Assembly: GCA_964580675.1 (NCBI GenBank)
Contig: CAZOLI010000014.1
Location: 14,364-78,363, forward strand
Reading direction: 5' to 3'
Length of the DNA: 64,000 bases
Origin: an uncultured Planctomycetia bacterium
Lineage (GTDB): Bacteria > Planctomycetota > MHYJ01 > CAYXQY01
Both the position numbers and the translations under genes were made by a program. This document shows, one piece after another, positions 50,801-58,960 of this stretch (position 1 is the first letter of the stretch; every line of letters starts with the position of its first letter). The notes under the pieces were generated by a model. It ran no database searches. It saw only the letters and a program-made list of their open reading frames with translations, and was not told where the DNA came from.

Positions 50801-53800
50801 GGAAACATAATCTTTTTTGTTATTTGATAGGGCTTTTTTCCTTTTGTATTTTTCAAAATGATCCGCCGCGGCCTCGTCATTTCCCTTCCTGATTTGAAAC
50901 AAAGCAGAATTCACCCAAATGGTATTCCACCTTCGCCAGTCTTCCTCGGAATCGATGTACTTTTCTGCTTCGTTGATTTGTTCCAGGGCCTCGCTTATTT
51001 CTCCCTTCTGTTCCAGAAGCCTTGATCTCGTAATAGAAAATGAGAAAAGGAGGTCCTCCATGCCAAATCGTTTTGCCATTGGAAAACCTTCTTCCAGGTA
51101 TTCCTCAGCTTTCTTCAGGTTACCAACTCGCCGGCTTATAATTGTTAAGTTATTCAGTACGGTTACCACTCCATGTCGATCCCCCATTTTTCGATAGGCG
51201 CTGTACGCGTCCTGATACATTTGAATGGCTTTTTCAAAGTCCCCCTTGTATCGGTTCACAACGCCAAGAGAATTCCAGGCATATGCCTGTTTTGAACGAT
51301 CACCAATACGTCGACTCAATTCCAGGCTCTTCTCCAAACAATCCTCCGCTTTTCCCATTTCTCCTAAATCGGCGTAGGCAATCCCCAGCCGCTTGGCACA
51401 CTTCTGGGCAAGCTCCGGATAATTTTGCTCCTCGGCCCACGAAAACACCGGTTCAAGAAGATCAATGATCTCCTTTGTCTCATTCTTCCTTCGATAAATT
51501 TTTGCCAGCGCCAGTTTAACCCATACGGAATACTCCTTTCGTTCTTCATCTGGAAGTTTTTCCACGTATTCCTCTGCTCCCACAAGAAGATTGCGTGCCT
51601 TATCAACCTCCCTGACATTATCCAGAATATTGGCTTCCGTCAGCAGAAGACGGATGTATTCTTTAAGTGTATCCATTTCCATCTCCTTCGGGGAGACCAC
51701 CTGTTCCTTTAGCCGGGACGCTTCCTCAAGAGCCTCATCATAGAGTGTGAGTTGCCTGTTTAACGTCATAATATTCCGGACCACTCGAATTCCGAGGGCC
51801 GAACTCGCTTCTGCCTTCTTCTTGATCTCCCGGTAGGTATCCAGACTTTTCTCCAGATTTCCCTGCTTTGATAGACAGTGGGCCACCCGTTCCAAAATAT
51901 CCAGTCGTTTTACCTCGGGCAGATCCGTGTCGAGCAAATCCCGATAAAACCGGAGAGCAACGTCATAAGCATATCGGTCCTCGGCATTTTTCCCCGCTTC
52001 CTCCGCGTACAACCTGAACTTCTTCACATTCCCCGCTTCACGGGAGAGACGTGCCAGCCGTTCCACGTGTTCCAGCTGTGCAACCTCACGCTCCCGAACG
52101 GCTGTTTCGAGGGCCTCAAGGAGTTGAGCACTACGTTCCGTCTTCTCCTCCTTCCCCATTTCATCAAGCAGGACCGTCTTGATCCGGTCGTGGGCGAATC
52201 GGTATTCCGTGTGCGCCCCATGGGGATGCATCTCCACAAGATTTCGCTGTTCCAGGCGTTTGAGCTGCCTCTCCTCCGGTCGTTTATCGGCCGGGAAGAC
52301 GAGGTTCATCGAGTGATCCGTAATGGCTTCCCCCCAGATCGCAAGATTATTCAACCAGTTGTGAACCCGGTCGTCCAGCGTGGAAAGACGTTGATCAATG
52401 AGTGAACCCACTCGATCCGGAACCTCCATCTCCTCCCAGGCCGTCTTGTCCAGGTGCCATTCATCATCCTCACGAACAATGATGTCCTTCTCCACACACG
52501 CGCGGAGGAGTTCGGAAAGAAAATGAGGATTTTTGCTCTGCTCCAGCTCCAGGATTTCTTCACTTATGTCCTTGCCGGCCCGGCCAAACATGCCCCGAAT
52601 AAACTTCTTCACCATCTCTGGAGAAAATTCACCGATGGTGAGTTCCCGGCATTGATTCTCGTCCTTCATCTCCTCAAGTTGTTTCTCAAGCTCCTGGTTC
52701 CCCACGTCCGTCCGTCTCGTGCCAACCAGAAGGAGTGGGCCGGCCTCCGTGGCGTACGTGAGTTTTCGGGTAAGGAAACGGATCAACTGCAGTGACTGCT
52801 GATCCACCCACTGCAGATCTTCCAGCATAAGAATCGCGCCCCCTTCCCCCGCACCCTCACAAATATAATCACTTACTTCGTCGAGAAGTCGAACCATCTC
52901 CCGTTCCTCATCCTCCAGATCCTCGAGCTCTTCTTTGTCGGTTCGTTTGTGGATCTCAGGAACTATCTGTTTGAGCGAACGGCCGTATTCCTTGATGAGA
53001 TTCCGGTCATCCGTTCGCTCCTCCATCTGGTTCCAGACGTCCACCTGACGGATGTATCGAGGAAGCAGATCACGAAATAGACCAAATGAAACAGTTGTGT
53101 CCTTCTCGACTTTTCCCGTAATAACCGGAATCGAATTGGTCTGACCCCAGATTCGAAACTCCTTCAGCAGCCGGGACTTCCCCACACCGGTGGGACCGCT
53201 AAGCACACAGAGGGAGGGAGATTCATCACCGACCGAAGTTTGCTTCCAGAGGTCCTGAAGTGTCTCCATCTCCACCTCTCGATTTACGAAGGCGGGGCTG
53301 GACACGTATCCTTTGATGGTTTCCTTGGTCTCGGTACGGAATGAGACCTCCTGTAATTTATTTATTCGCTGAATCACCTCATTGGCTGACGCAGGTCGAT
53401 CCTCGGGCTGTTTTTGCACGAGAAGCGGCACAATCTCGTCAAACGGCTCGGGAAGCTCCTCCTCAAGGGATTCCATCCGGGGAATGGACCGGTTCAGGTG
53501 GGAACGAAGGATCCGGGTGGAGGACTGTCCCTTGAACGGTAAGTCGCCGGTCAGAATTTCGTAGATGGATATTCCGAGCGAATAGAGGTCCGCTCGTCCA
53601 TCAACGGGTTCGCCCCGAATTAATTCGGGAGCGATGTATGGTATGGTCCCGCGGATGGATATGCCTCCGCTGGATTGCTGTTCCTCGGCAAGGCCAAAAT
53701 CTATTAATTTGACGTCGGACTCGTCCTCACTTGATTTCTCCGTGACAAGTACGTTCTCGGGCTTTACGTCGTAGTGAATCAGGTTTCGGGCGTGAATGAA

Positions 53801-54163
53801 CTGCAGCGCACGGCACACTTGAACCACCTGGCCAAGGAAATGATCCTCATCACTCCGATCCACCACGTCATCCCACTCCCGTCCATCTATGTACTCGGAC
53901 GTAAAAAAGAACTGATCAACGACATCGTCCGGACCCGTTTGCACTTTGCCGTAATCAAACACCTTTTCCAGGTTCGGGTGCCGGAGTTCCGACAGCAGTT
54001 TAAATTCCTCCCGAAATTTTTCCTGACTCGATTCCCGTTCCCGAATAAGGGTCTTCAGAGCTCGCTCGGCTCCTTCTTCTTCATCCTCCACAATGTACAC
54101 CTTCCCCATGCCCCGCTCCGCAATGAGTTCAACAATTCGATACCGATTGTTTATCGTTTCCAA
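47801..54163 (-). CDS. giant multidomain signalling protein: Ser/Thr kinase, STAND/AAA NTPase, TPR array, GAF, GGDEF (diguanylate cyclase), GAF, degenerate sigma54-activator-type AAA+
   Basis: Kinase: HYDVKPENVLV, DFGLA, APE. NTPase: LSGPTGVGKSRL, ILMLEDLQWVD. Many TPR units. GAF1: IIAAPLRVKGEPVGAIYLD. GGDEF: RYGGDEFEVLLPE. GAF2: MVIPIETEDEPIGIMYLDNP. C-terminus: VLVLGESGTGRTLAARVLHF...GNVSELRHAVE, without GAFTGA or HTH. TTG start. Confidence 0.8.
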   Translation of the reverse strand: METINNRYRIVELIAERGMGKVYIVEDEEEGAERALKTLIRERESSQEKFREEFKLLSELRHPNLEKVFDYGKVQTGPDDVVDQFFFTSEYIDGREWDDVVDRSDEDHFLGQVVQVCRALQFIHARNLIHYDVKPENVLVTEKSSEDESDVKLIDFGLAEEQQSSGGISIRGTIPYIAPELIRGEPVDGRADLYSLGISIYEILTGDLPFKGQSSTRILRSHLNRSIPRMESLEEELPEPFDEIVPLLVQKQPEDRPASANEVIQRINKLQEVSFRTETKETIKGYVSSPAFVNREVEMETLQDLWKQTSVGDESPSLCVLSGPTGVGKSRLLKEFRIWGQTNSIPVITGKVEKDTTVSFGLFRDLLPRYIRQVDVWNQMEERTDDRNLIKEYGRSLKQIVPEIHKRTDKEELEDLEDEEREMVRLLDEVSDYICEGAGEGGAILMLEDLQWVDQQSLQLIRFLTRKLTYATEAGPLLLVGTRRTDVGNQELEKQLEEMKDENQCRELTIGEFSPEMVKKFIRGMFGRAGKDISEEILELEQSKNPHFLSELLRACVEKDIIVREDDEWHLDKTAWEEMEVPDRVGSLIDQRLSTLDDRVHNWLNNLAIWGEAITDHSMNLVFPADKRPEERQLKRLEQRNLVEMHPHGAHTEYRFAHDRIKTVLLDEMGKEEKTERSAQLLEALETAVREREVAQLEHVERLARLSREAGNVKKFRLYAEEAGKNAEDRYAYDVALRFYRDLLDTDLPEVKRLDILERVAHCLSKQGNLEKSLDTYREIKKKAEASSALGIRVVRNIMTLNRQLTLYDEALEEASRLKEQVVSPKEMEMDTLKEYIRLLLTEANILDNVREVDKARNLLVGAEEYVEKLPDEERKEYSVWVKLALAKIYRRKNETKEIIDLLEPVFSWAEEQNYPELAQKCAKRLGIAYADLGEMGKAEDCLEKSLELSRRIGDRSKQAYAWNSLGVVNRYKGDFEKAIQMYQDAYSAYRKMGDRHGVVTVLNNLTIISRRVGNLKKAEEYLEEGFPMAKRFGMEDLLFSFSITRSRLLEQKGEISEALEQINEAEKYIDSEEDWRRWNTIWVNSALFQIRKGNDEAAADHFEKYKRKKALSNNKKDYVSYLFTKSELHIHREEYDMAEELCLEAARISKQESIYEYLAISKLTHARLAGLKGNHETALQLFREGLEVAREHHVHSVLPRALIGVTRSLCLKGAEEGPSPSYADYRDEAHTHLEEARDVMEDRENVPLKYNLAFASALFELVFGNREEGRSQLAEFMEDMKEKEHKYYYELFLRERSFVEDRLEDWWEEGEIDSNRIDVPNVDISNLSGEKITRLLEVLTEFSTELEPENLLPRIMDTAIQITGASRGFLAVLSPEEESESEEGNVNLEDRLKIEVARHRKKGSIQTPEEAMSRNVMMQAIEEERPLRIENVREEDKLQEARSVQNLQLQSIIAAPLRVKGEPVGAIYLDRPETSELFQEKDLVALSILAGHAAVAIENARLHEEAIRDRLTGLVSHGYFQNRIEEELEKASRFEYPLSLMFIDVDGLKWVNDRFGHAAGDRLIRKTGQFLRKTMRGYDVAARTGETTVGRYGGDEFEVLLPETDRKDALSVAERIITDLKEKKVDLGDRKMEITLSIGISGFPPDGNDISGLIEKADHAMQSAKKEDGSSAEIYKGRETDQILDRVKEGFLNSAIDVEYLSRKNRLVMGTLRKVIQSGLQLGELLDVVLDTLSEATHAQRGVVLLKNPKNGELIPEAFYHSAGETSGENGAGEETRSAEELVEEMSMSVARKVLETGNGVLTDNASEDPGLHEHSTIERLNLKSLMVIPIETEDEPIGIMYLDNPAVKRRFGEEDLGLATALAREISGPVKNALEHREKESELERLQKKYQKLKSRFQDRLNLEQMAGESDVFQEARNTIKNLIPTESNVLVLGESGTGRTLAARVLHFQGPRGEQPVQEVDCQSLGAELQVQKIREANEDNEDGDRSEAVTTIILRNVENMAEEAQEVLLDRIQSEPDLRVLATAHDNLPEEVSTGQFPEELYEEISGATITMPPLDARKTDIPDLAGRFIEELHEDHGMGPDHVPKEKLREWMSKDWSGNVSELRHAVEDYFFSQL

Positions 54164-54435
54164 AAAACGAGTTGTGTATTTACCAATTGGTCAGCTTAAA
54201 ATGGACTGATAAAGCGGCCGGGGTTGATCGTTACATTCGACCGGTGATGGGTTCCCCCCAATAAACAATCATTCTTTGTCCCTGTTATCAAGCATACTAT
54301 TTTATTTTATAACATTTGTTATAATGGCTCCACTTCCACGATGTTTCCAGTCAGGAAATATCTCTACCGGTCAAAGAAACTGCGTACAGGAGATATTGAA
54401 TTAAACGTTCCGATCCGTTCTCATCGGGAAAAGTC

Positions 54436-55293
54436 ATGGAAAATATCCTTATTGCCGGTTGTGGATATTCGGGTACTCAACTCGGGGTAGAACTTGCCGA
54501 ACGGGAATACTCCGTTTACGGTCTCCGACGATCCACCAAGGGTTTACCACCGGAGATCAAGCCCGTTCATGCCGATGTAACCGATCCTTCAACACTTTCC
54601 TCACTTCCCGAATCCCTGGACGGTGTCTTTTTTCTGGTCTCTCCGGACGGCCATGACGCTTCCAGCTACCGGTCAACTTATATCAACGGACTCCAAAATT
54701 TACTGGACGCACTACGTTCCAGACGTCCCGAACGAATTCTTTTCGCTTCAAGTACCGCCGTTTATGGACAGTCGAACGGTCAATGGGTCGACGAAACGTC
54801 CGCAACCAATCCCGACAGTCACCGAGGTAGCATTCTCCTCGACGCCGAGGATCTTCTTATCGAGGATGAACTTCCCGGGTTGGTAGTGCGGTTCGGCGGC
54901 ATTTATGGTCCCGATCGAACGAGGTATATCAGCCGTGTGAAATCGGGGAATGCCACCTGTTACGGCGACGAACCCCTGTACTCCAACCGGAATCACGTGA
55001 AGGATGTAGCCCGGGCGTTACATCACCTCCTTACCCTGGATGACCCGGATGACGTATACAATGCCACGGACGGCAACCCGTCGGACCGATGTGGAATTCT
55101 TCGCTGGCTGGCGGACCGGCTGGACGCTCCTCCCCCGAACCAAAAACCGATTGAAACCGCTCCGGACCGAATTCGCTCCACAAACAAACGGGTTCGGAAC
55201 CGTCGATTGCTTGATACCGGATTCGAGTTTCGCTACCCCTCTTACAGGGACGGATTTCGCGCCATCCTGAACGAGTCGGATGAACATCAATGA
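54436..55293 (+). CDS. NAD-dependent epimerase/dehydratase-family protein
   Basis: ILIAGCGYSGTQLG Rossmann motif. The stop overlaps the cobT start (ATGA). Confidence 0.75.
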   Translation: MENILIAGCGYSGTQLGVELAEREYSVYGLRRSTKGLPPEIKPVHADVTDPSTLSSLPESLDGVFFLVSPDGHDASSYRSTYINGLQNLLDALRSRRPERILFASSTAVYGQSNGQWVDETSATNPDSHRGSILLDAEDLLIEDELPGLVVRFGGIYGPDRTRYISRVKSGNATCYGDEPLYSNRNHVKDVARALHHLLTLDDPDDVYNATDGNPSDRCGILRWLADRLDAPPPNQKPIETAPDRIRSTNKRVRNRRLLDTGFEFRYPSYRDGFRAILNESDEHQ

Positions 55294-56339
55294 ACCTCCT
55301 CGAAAAAACAATTGAACAGATTGGACCGGATCCGGGGGATCAGTCCGAGGAACTAAAGGAACACCTTAATCACCTCGCCAAACCTCCCGAAAGCCTGGGG
55401 CGGCTGGAAGAACTGGCCGTTCGATTCGGCCGCATTTATGGAACCGACAACCCGCCCGACGTGCGAAAAACCCTCTTTTGTTTTGCCGGAGATCACGGGG
55501 TCACTGAGGAGGGGGTCTCCGCCTACCCTCCGTCGGTGACGAAGAAAATGGTCAACACGATGGCCGAAGGAGCCGCCGCCATAAATATCCTCGCCGGCCA
55601 TACGGAAACAAATCTTGAGGTGGTGGATGTTGGTGTGGACGATCCGGACGGGGCCCGGGAACCTGTTCACGACATGAGGGTGGGGCGTGGAACAAAAAAT
55701 ATGGTCCGGGAACCGGCCCTGCATCCGGAACAGGCAAAAGAAGCAATTGAAACAGGCATCCGGTTCGCGTTCGATGCGATCGAGAAGGGATACACCCTTC
55801 TCGGCACGGGTGATATGGGCATCGGTAACACAACCCCTTCCGCCGCCATCGCTTCATATTTCCTGGACGTCGACCCCGGAAAAATTACTGGAACGGGAAC
55901 GGGCATTGATTCGGACACATGGGAGAAAAAAGTTTCGGTGATCAGAACGGCTATAGAACACCATTCGAGCCAGATGCAGGACCCGATTGACGTGGCGGCC
56001 CGAATTGGTGGTTTCGAAATTTGTGCGGTTGCCGGGGTGTATCTGGCCTGCGGCGCACGGCGCATACCGGTGGTTGTGGATGGATACATCACAACAGCCT
56101 CGGCGTTGCTGGCCATTGCCTTCGATGATCAGGTTCGAGATGTACTCGTGTTCGGCCACCGATCCGGTGAACGGGGACACGAAGTGATGCTGGAAAACCT
56201 GAACGCGGATCCGGTGCTGGATCTGGGAATGCGGCTCGGGGAAGGAACGGGTGCCGTTCTGGCCATGAACCTGATGGAGGCCGCGGTCCGGCTCAGCAAA
56301 GAAATGGCTACGTTCGAGTCCATCAAAAACGAACAATGA
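55290..56339 (+). CDS. cobT: nicotinate-nucleotide--dimethylbenzimidazole phosphoribosyltransferase
   Basis: Contains FCFAGDHGV, GDMGIGNTTPSAA and HRSGERGH, the CobT family. Confidence 0.9.
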   Translation: MNLLEKTIEQIGPDPGDQSEELKEHLNHLAKPPESLGRLEELAVRFGRIYGTDNPPDVRKTLFCFAGDHGVTEEGVSAYPPSVTKKMVNTMAEGAAAINILAGHTETNLEVVDVGVDDPDGAREPVHDMRVGRGTKNMVREPALHPEQAKEAIETGIRFAFDAIEKGYTLLGTGDMGIGNTTPSAAIASYFLDVDPGKITGTGTGIDSDTWEKKVSVIRTAIEHHSSQMQDPIDVAARIGGFEICAVAGVYLACGARRIPVVVDGYITTASALLAIAFDDQVRDVLVFGHRSGERGHEVMLENLNADPVLDLGMRLGEGTGAVLAMNLMEAAVRLSKEMATFESIKNEQ

Positions 56340-57118
56340 AATCATTATTGTCCGCCATTCGAACGCTGACCGTCCTTCCGTTACCGGGCACCGAAAAACA
56401 ATCGGGAGTTACCCTGTACTGGTTTCCGCTTGTGGGACTTTTCTTTGGTTTGATCGGGTTTGTTATGGCGGCGGGGCTTGATCGAGTTCCGTCCTGGCAA
56501 TGGAACGAGGGCACCGCATTCTTTGTCCTTTTAGCCGTAACGGTTCTTTCCGGGGGATTACACCTGGATGGACTGGCCGATTGGGCGGATGGGTTCCTGG
56601 GCATTGTGGATCCGTCCGAAACCCTGAAAGCCATGACGGATCCCCGACCCGGAGTCTTTGGCGTCGTCGCCGTGGCTCTTGTTCTGGGGGGCAAATACCT
56701 GGCCATCAAACAAATCATCACCGCCGGTCACCCGATTTTTCTTCTTCCGGTTTTTCTACTTCCCCGGTGCGGACAGGTGGTGCTGGTAAGCCTGTGGGAC
56801 TACGCAAGGAAGGAAGGAACAGCAGGCCCGTTCATCCAGCACGGTTCAAAGGCGGCAGCCCTCTTTTCCGTTGTTTCAGGTGGGGTTATTTGCATGATCC
56901 TCCTTGGCAAAACCGGGGTCTTCCTCACCATACTTATGCTGCTGATCATATTTGCGATTGGTTTCTGGAGCCGGAAACGCATCGATGGAATAACGGGTGA
57001 TGTCATTGGCGCCGGCAGTGAATTCGCGGAATTGCTACTTCTGATCACGGGTGCCGTGATGACGCAGTGGCCGGACGTGTTCGTTATTTATGACGGCTAC
57101 GATTATTTTCTTCATTAA
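56336..57118 (+). CDS. cobS: adenosylcobinamide-GDP ribazoletransferase (cobalamin synthase)
   Basis: Polytopic membrane protein. LTVLPLPG N-terminus typical of CobS. ATGA overlap with cobT. Confidence 0.85.
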   Translation: MKSLLSAIRTLTVLPLPGTEKQSGVTLYWFPLVGLFFGLIGFVMAAGLDRVPSWQWNEGTAFFVLLAVTVLSGGLHLDGLADWADGFLGIVDPSETLKAMTDPRPGVFGVVAVALVLGGKYLAIKQIITAGHPIFLLPVFLLPRCGQVVLVSLWDYARKEGTAGPFIQHGSKAAALFSVVSGGVICMILLGKTGVFLTILMLLIIFAIGFWSRKRIDGITGDVIGAGSEFAELLLLITGAVMTQWPDVFVIYDGYDYFLH

Positions 57119-57161
57119 CAATTAAACAGGTTCGAACGGACGGATCGATTCAGAGGAAACC

Positions 57162-58496
57162 ATGAACGAAACACCAAAAGGGTTCATAATTGCTTCCCCC
57201 CGCTCCGGTTCCGGGAAAACCACCATCACACTGGCATTGCTTTCCTGGCTGGACAGAAATGGCTACCGGGTTCAGCCATTTAAGGTCGGTCCGGATTACA
57301 TTGATCCGGCCTACCACGAGGAAGTAACCGGTCAACCATCCATTAACCTGGATCCCTGGATAACCTCCGAATCCGGGGTGCGCCAGTCGTTCCGGCAATA
57401 CACGGAGGACTGTGACGTTGCCGTGGTCGAAGGAATGATGGGGTTGTTCGATGGAAAAGGCGGAGATACGCAAACAGGCAGCACCGCGCACGTGGCCCGA
57501 ATACTTGATCTGCCGGTTGTTCTGGTGATTGACGCCGGTGCGCTTTCCGGATCGGCGGGAGCCGTTGGACTCGGTTGTGAACGGTTCGATTCGGATTTGC
57601 AAATAGCCGGTGTCCTGCTGAACCGGGTTGGGAGTGAATCTCACCTCAGTACCCTGATCGGTTCCCTGGGCAAAGCGGAACTGGACGTTTTTGGACACCT
57701 GCCCAAAGACTCAAACATTGAAGTTCCCGAACGTCAGCTCGGTCTTATTTCCGCACGGGAACATCCCCTTTCCCCTGATTTCCTGAAGACCCTTCGAGGT
57801 CACGTACAGGAATGTTTCGACATGGATCGACTGCTGGACGCCGCTCCTGAACTGGATGCGCCGCTTCGTACCGAAACACCCGTGACAACCGATCCGGCTC
57901 AAATTGCCATTGCCCGGGACCGGGCGTTCTGTTTTTATTACGAAGAGAACCTCCGTCACCTCCGTGAAGCGGGGGCCTCACTGGTTTCGTTCAGTCCCCT
58001 CGACGACGAAACCCTTCCGGAGGACATTCAGGGAATCTATTTCGGCGGGGGATTCCCGGAAGAGTTTTCCGAAGACCTGTCCGAAAACGCCGCCATGCGT
58101 TCTGAATTAAAAGCGTTTGACGGACCGGTGCTGGGCGAATGCGGTGGTCTGATATTTCTCTGTGAAGAATTTGTGACCGAAGACGGAACCACCTTTCCAA
58201 TGGCCGGTCGGATTCCCGGTTCGGTCGAGATGACGGAATCACTCTCCGGATTCGGATATCGTGAGGTAAAAACAGCGAAGGATACATTTCTGGGACCGGC
58301 AGGAACCATTCTCCGCGGACATGAATTTCATCATTCCCGCTGGACGGGCCGACCCGAACGAAACTGGGGGGTGTTCCAATCGGAACACGGGAACATGGGA
58401 TACGGGGATGATCGCACCATCGCCTCCTACGTTCACCTTCATTTCGGCTCCCGGCCCGAGGTCGCACGGGCATTCGTCGAGTCCTGCCGAAAATAA
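57162..58496 (+). CDS. cbiA: cobyrinate a,c-diamide synthase
   Basis: P-loop IASPRSGSGKTTITLAL, a DPWI block and a C-terminal glutamine amidotransferase domain (GECGG). Confidence 0.9.
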   Translation: MNETPKGFIIASPRSGSGKTTITLALLSWLDRNGYRVQPFKVGPDYIDPAYHEEVTGQPSINLDPWITSESGVRQSFRQYTEDCDVAVVEGMMGLFDGKGGDTQTGSTAHVARILDLPVVLVIDAGALSGSAGAVGLGCERFDSDLQIAGVLLNRVGSESHLSTLIGSLGKAELDVFGHLPKDSNIEVPERQLGLISAREHPLSPDFLKTLRGHVQECFDMDRLLDAAPELDAPLRTETPVTTDPAQIAIARDRAFCFYYEENLRHLREAGASLVSFSPLDDETLPEDIQGIYFGGGFPEEFSEDLSENAAMRSELKAFDGPVLGECGGLIFLCEEFVTEDGTTFPMAGRIPGSVEMTESLSGFGYREVKTAKDTFLGPAGTILRGHEFHHSRWTGRPERNWGVFQSEHGNMGYGDDRTIASYVHLHFGSRPEVARAFVESCRK

Positions 58497-58769
58497 AGAA
58501 CCACTCCACGTTCGGTTCTCCGGTCTCCTCTCCAAAACACCCGGATCCCGGGAAGCTCTTTTTACATGGGGTCCCAATGGAAAGAGATGATCTCCTCCCC
58601 GGTAACATGACCCCCGTGTCCTTACCTTCTTTTCTCCGATCTGCCCTCTTCCTGTTTGAGCACGTAAACCGGGGGCTTGATTGTGAAATCATGGATCTCT
58701 ACGATAGACGTCGTTTCGGGACATTCGTTTTTTCATCCCTCCTGAACGAGAAGACCCCTCCGGAATACC

Positions 58770-58930
58770 ACCAACGGGGTTCTTCAGGGAAGAAGGTGGA
58801 ATTCCTTCGCCGTCCCGCGACTGTAACCGTGACGAACACCGGATTATCCCACTGTTCGCACCCGATTAACCGAACGGGAAGGGCCGGTTAGTAGAATGAT
58901 CGGAAGCCAGGAGACCTGTTCGGGAGGAAC
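58770..58930 (+). ncRNA. cobalamin (AdoCbl) riboswitch
   Basis: GGTGGAATTCC (GGTGnnAAnnCC), GCCGTCCCGCGACTGTAA (CCCGCAACnGTAA-like), the B12-box CCCACTG, GGGAAGGGCC and GAAGCCAGGAGACCTG appear in canonical order about 30 nt upstream of the cobN ATG. Confidence 0.7.
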
Positions 58931-58960
58931 GTACCTCGTGGAAGGAAAAGGAGGCCATCT

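Noticed and set aside
54164-54435. A possible second cobalamin riboswitch ahead of the epimerase-cobT-cobS-cbiA operon
   Set aside because: No B12-box (GCCACTG-like) or GGTGnnAAnnCC elements were found by eye. A covariance-model search should confirm.
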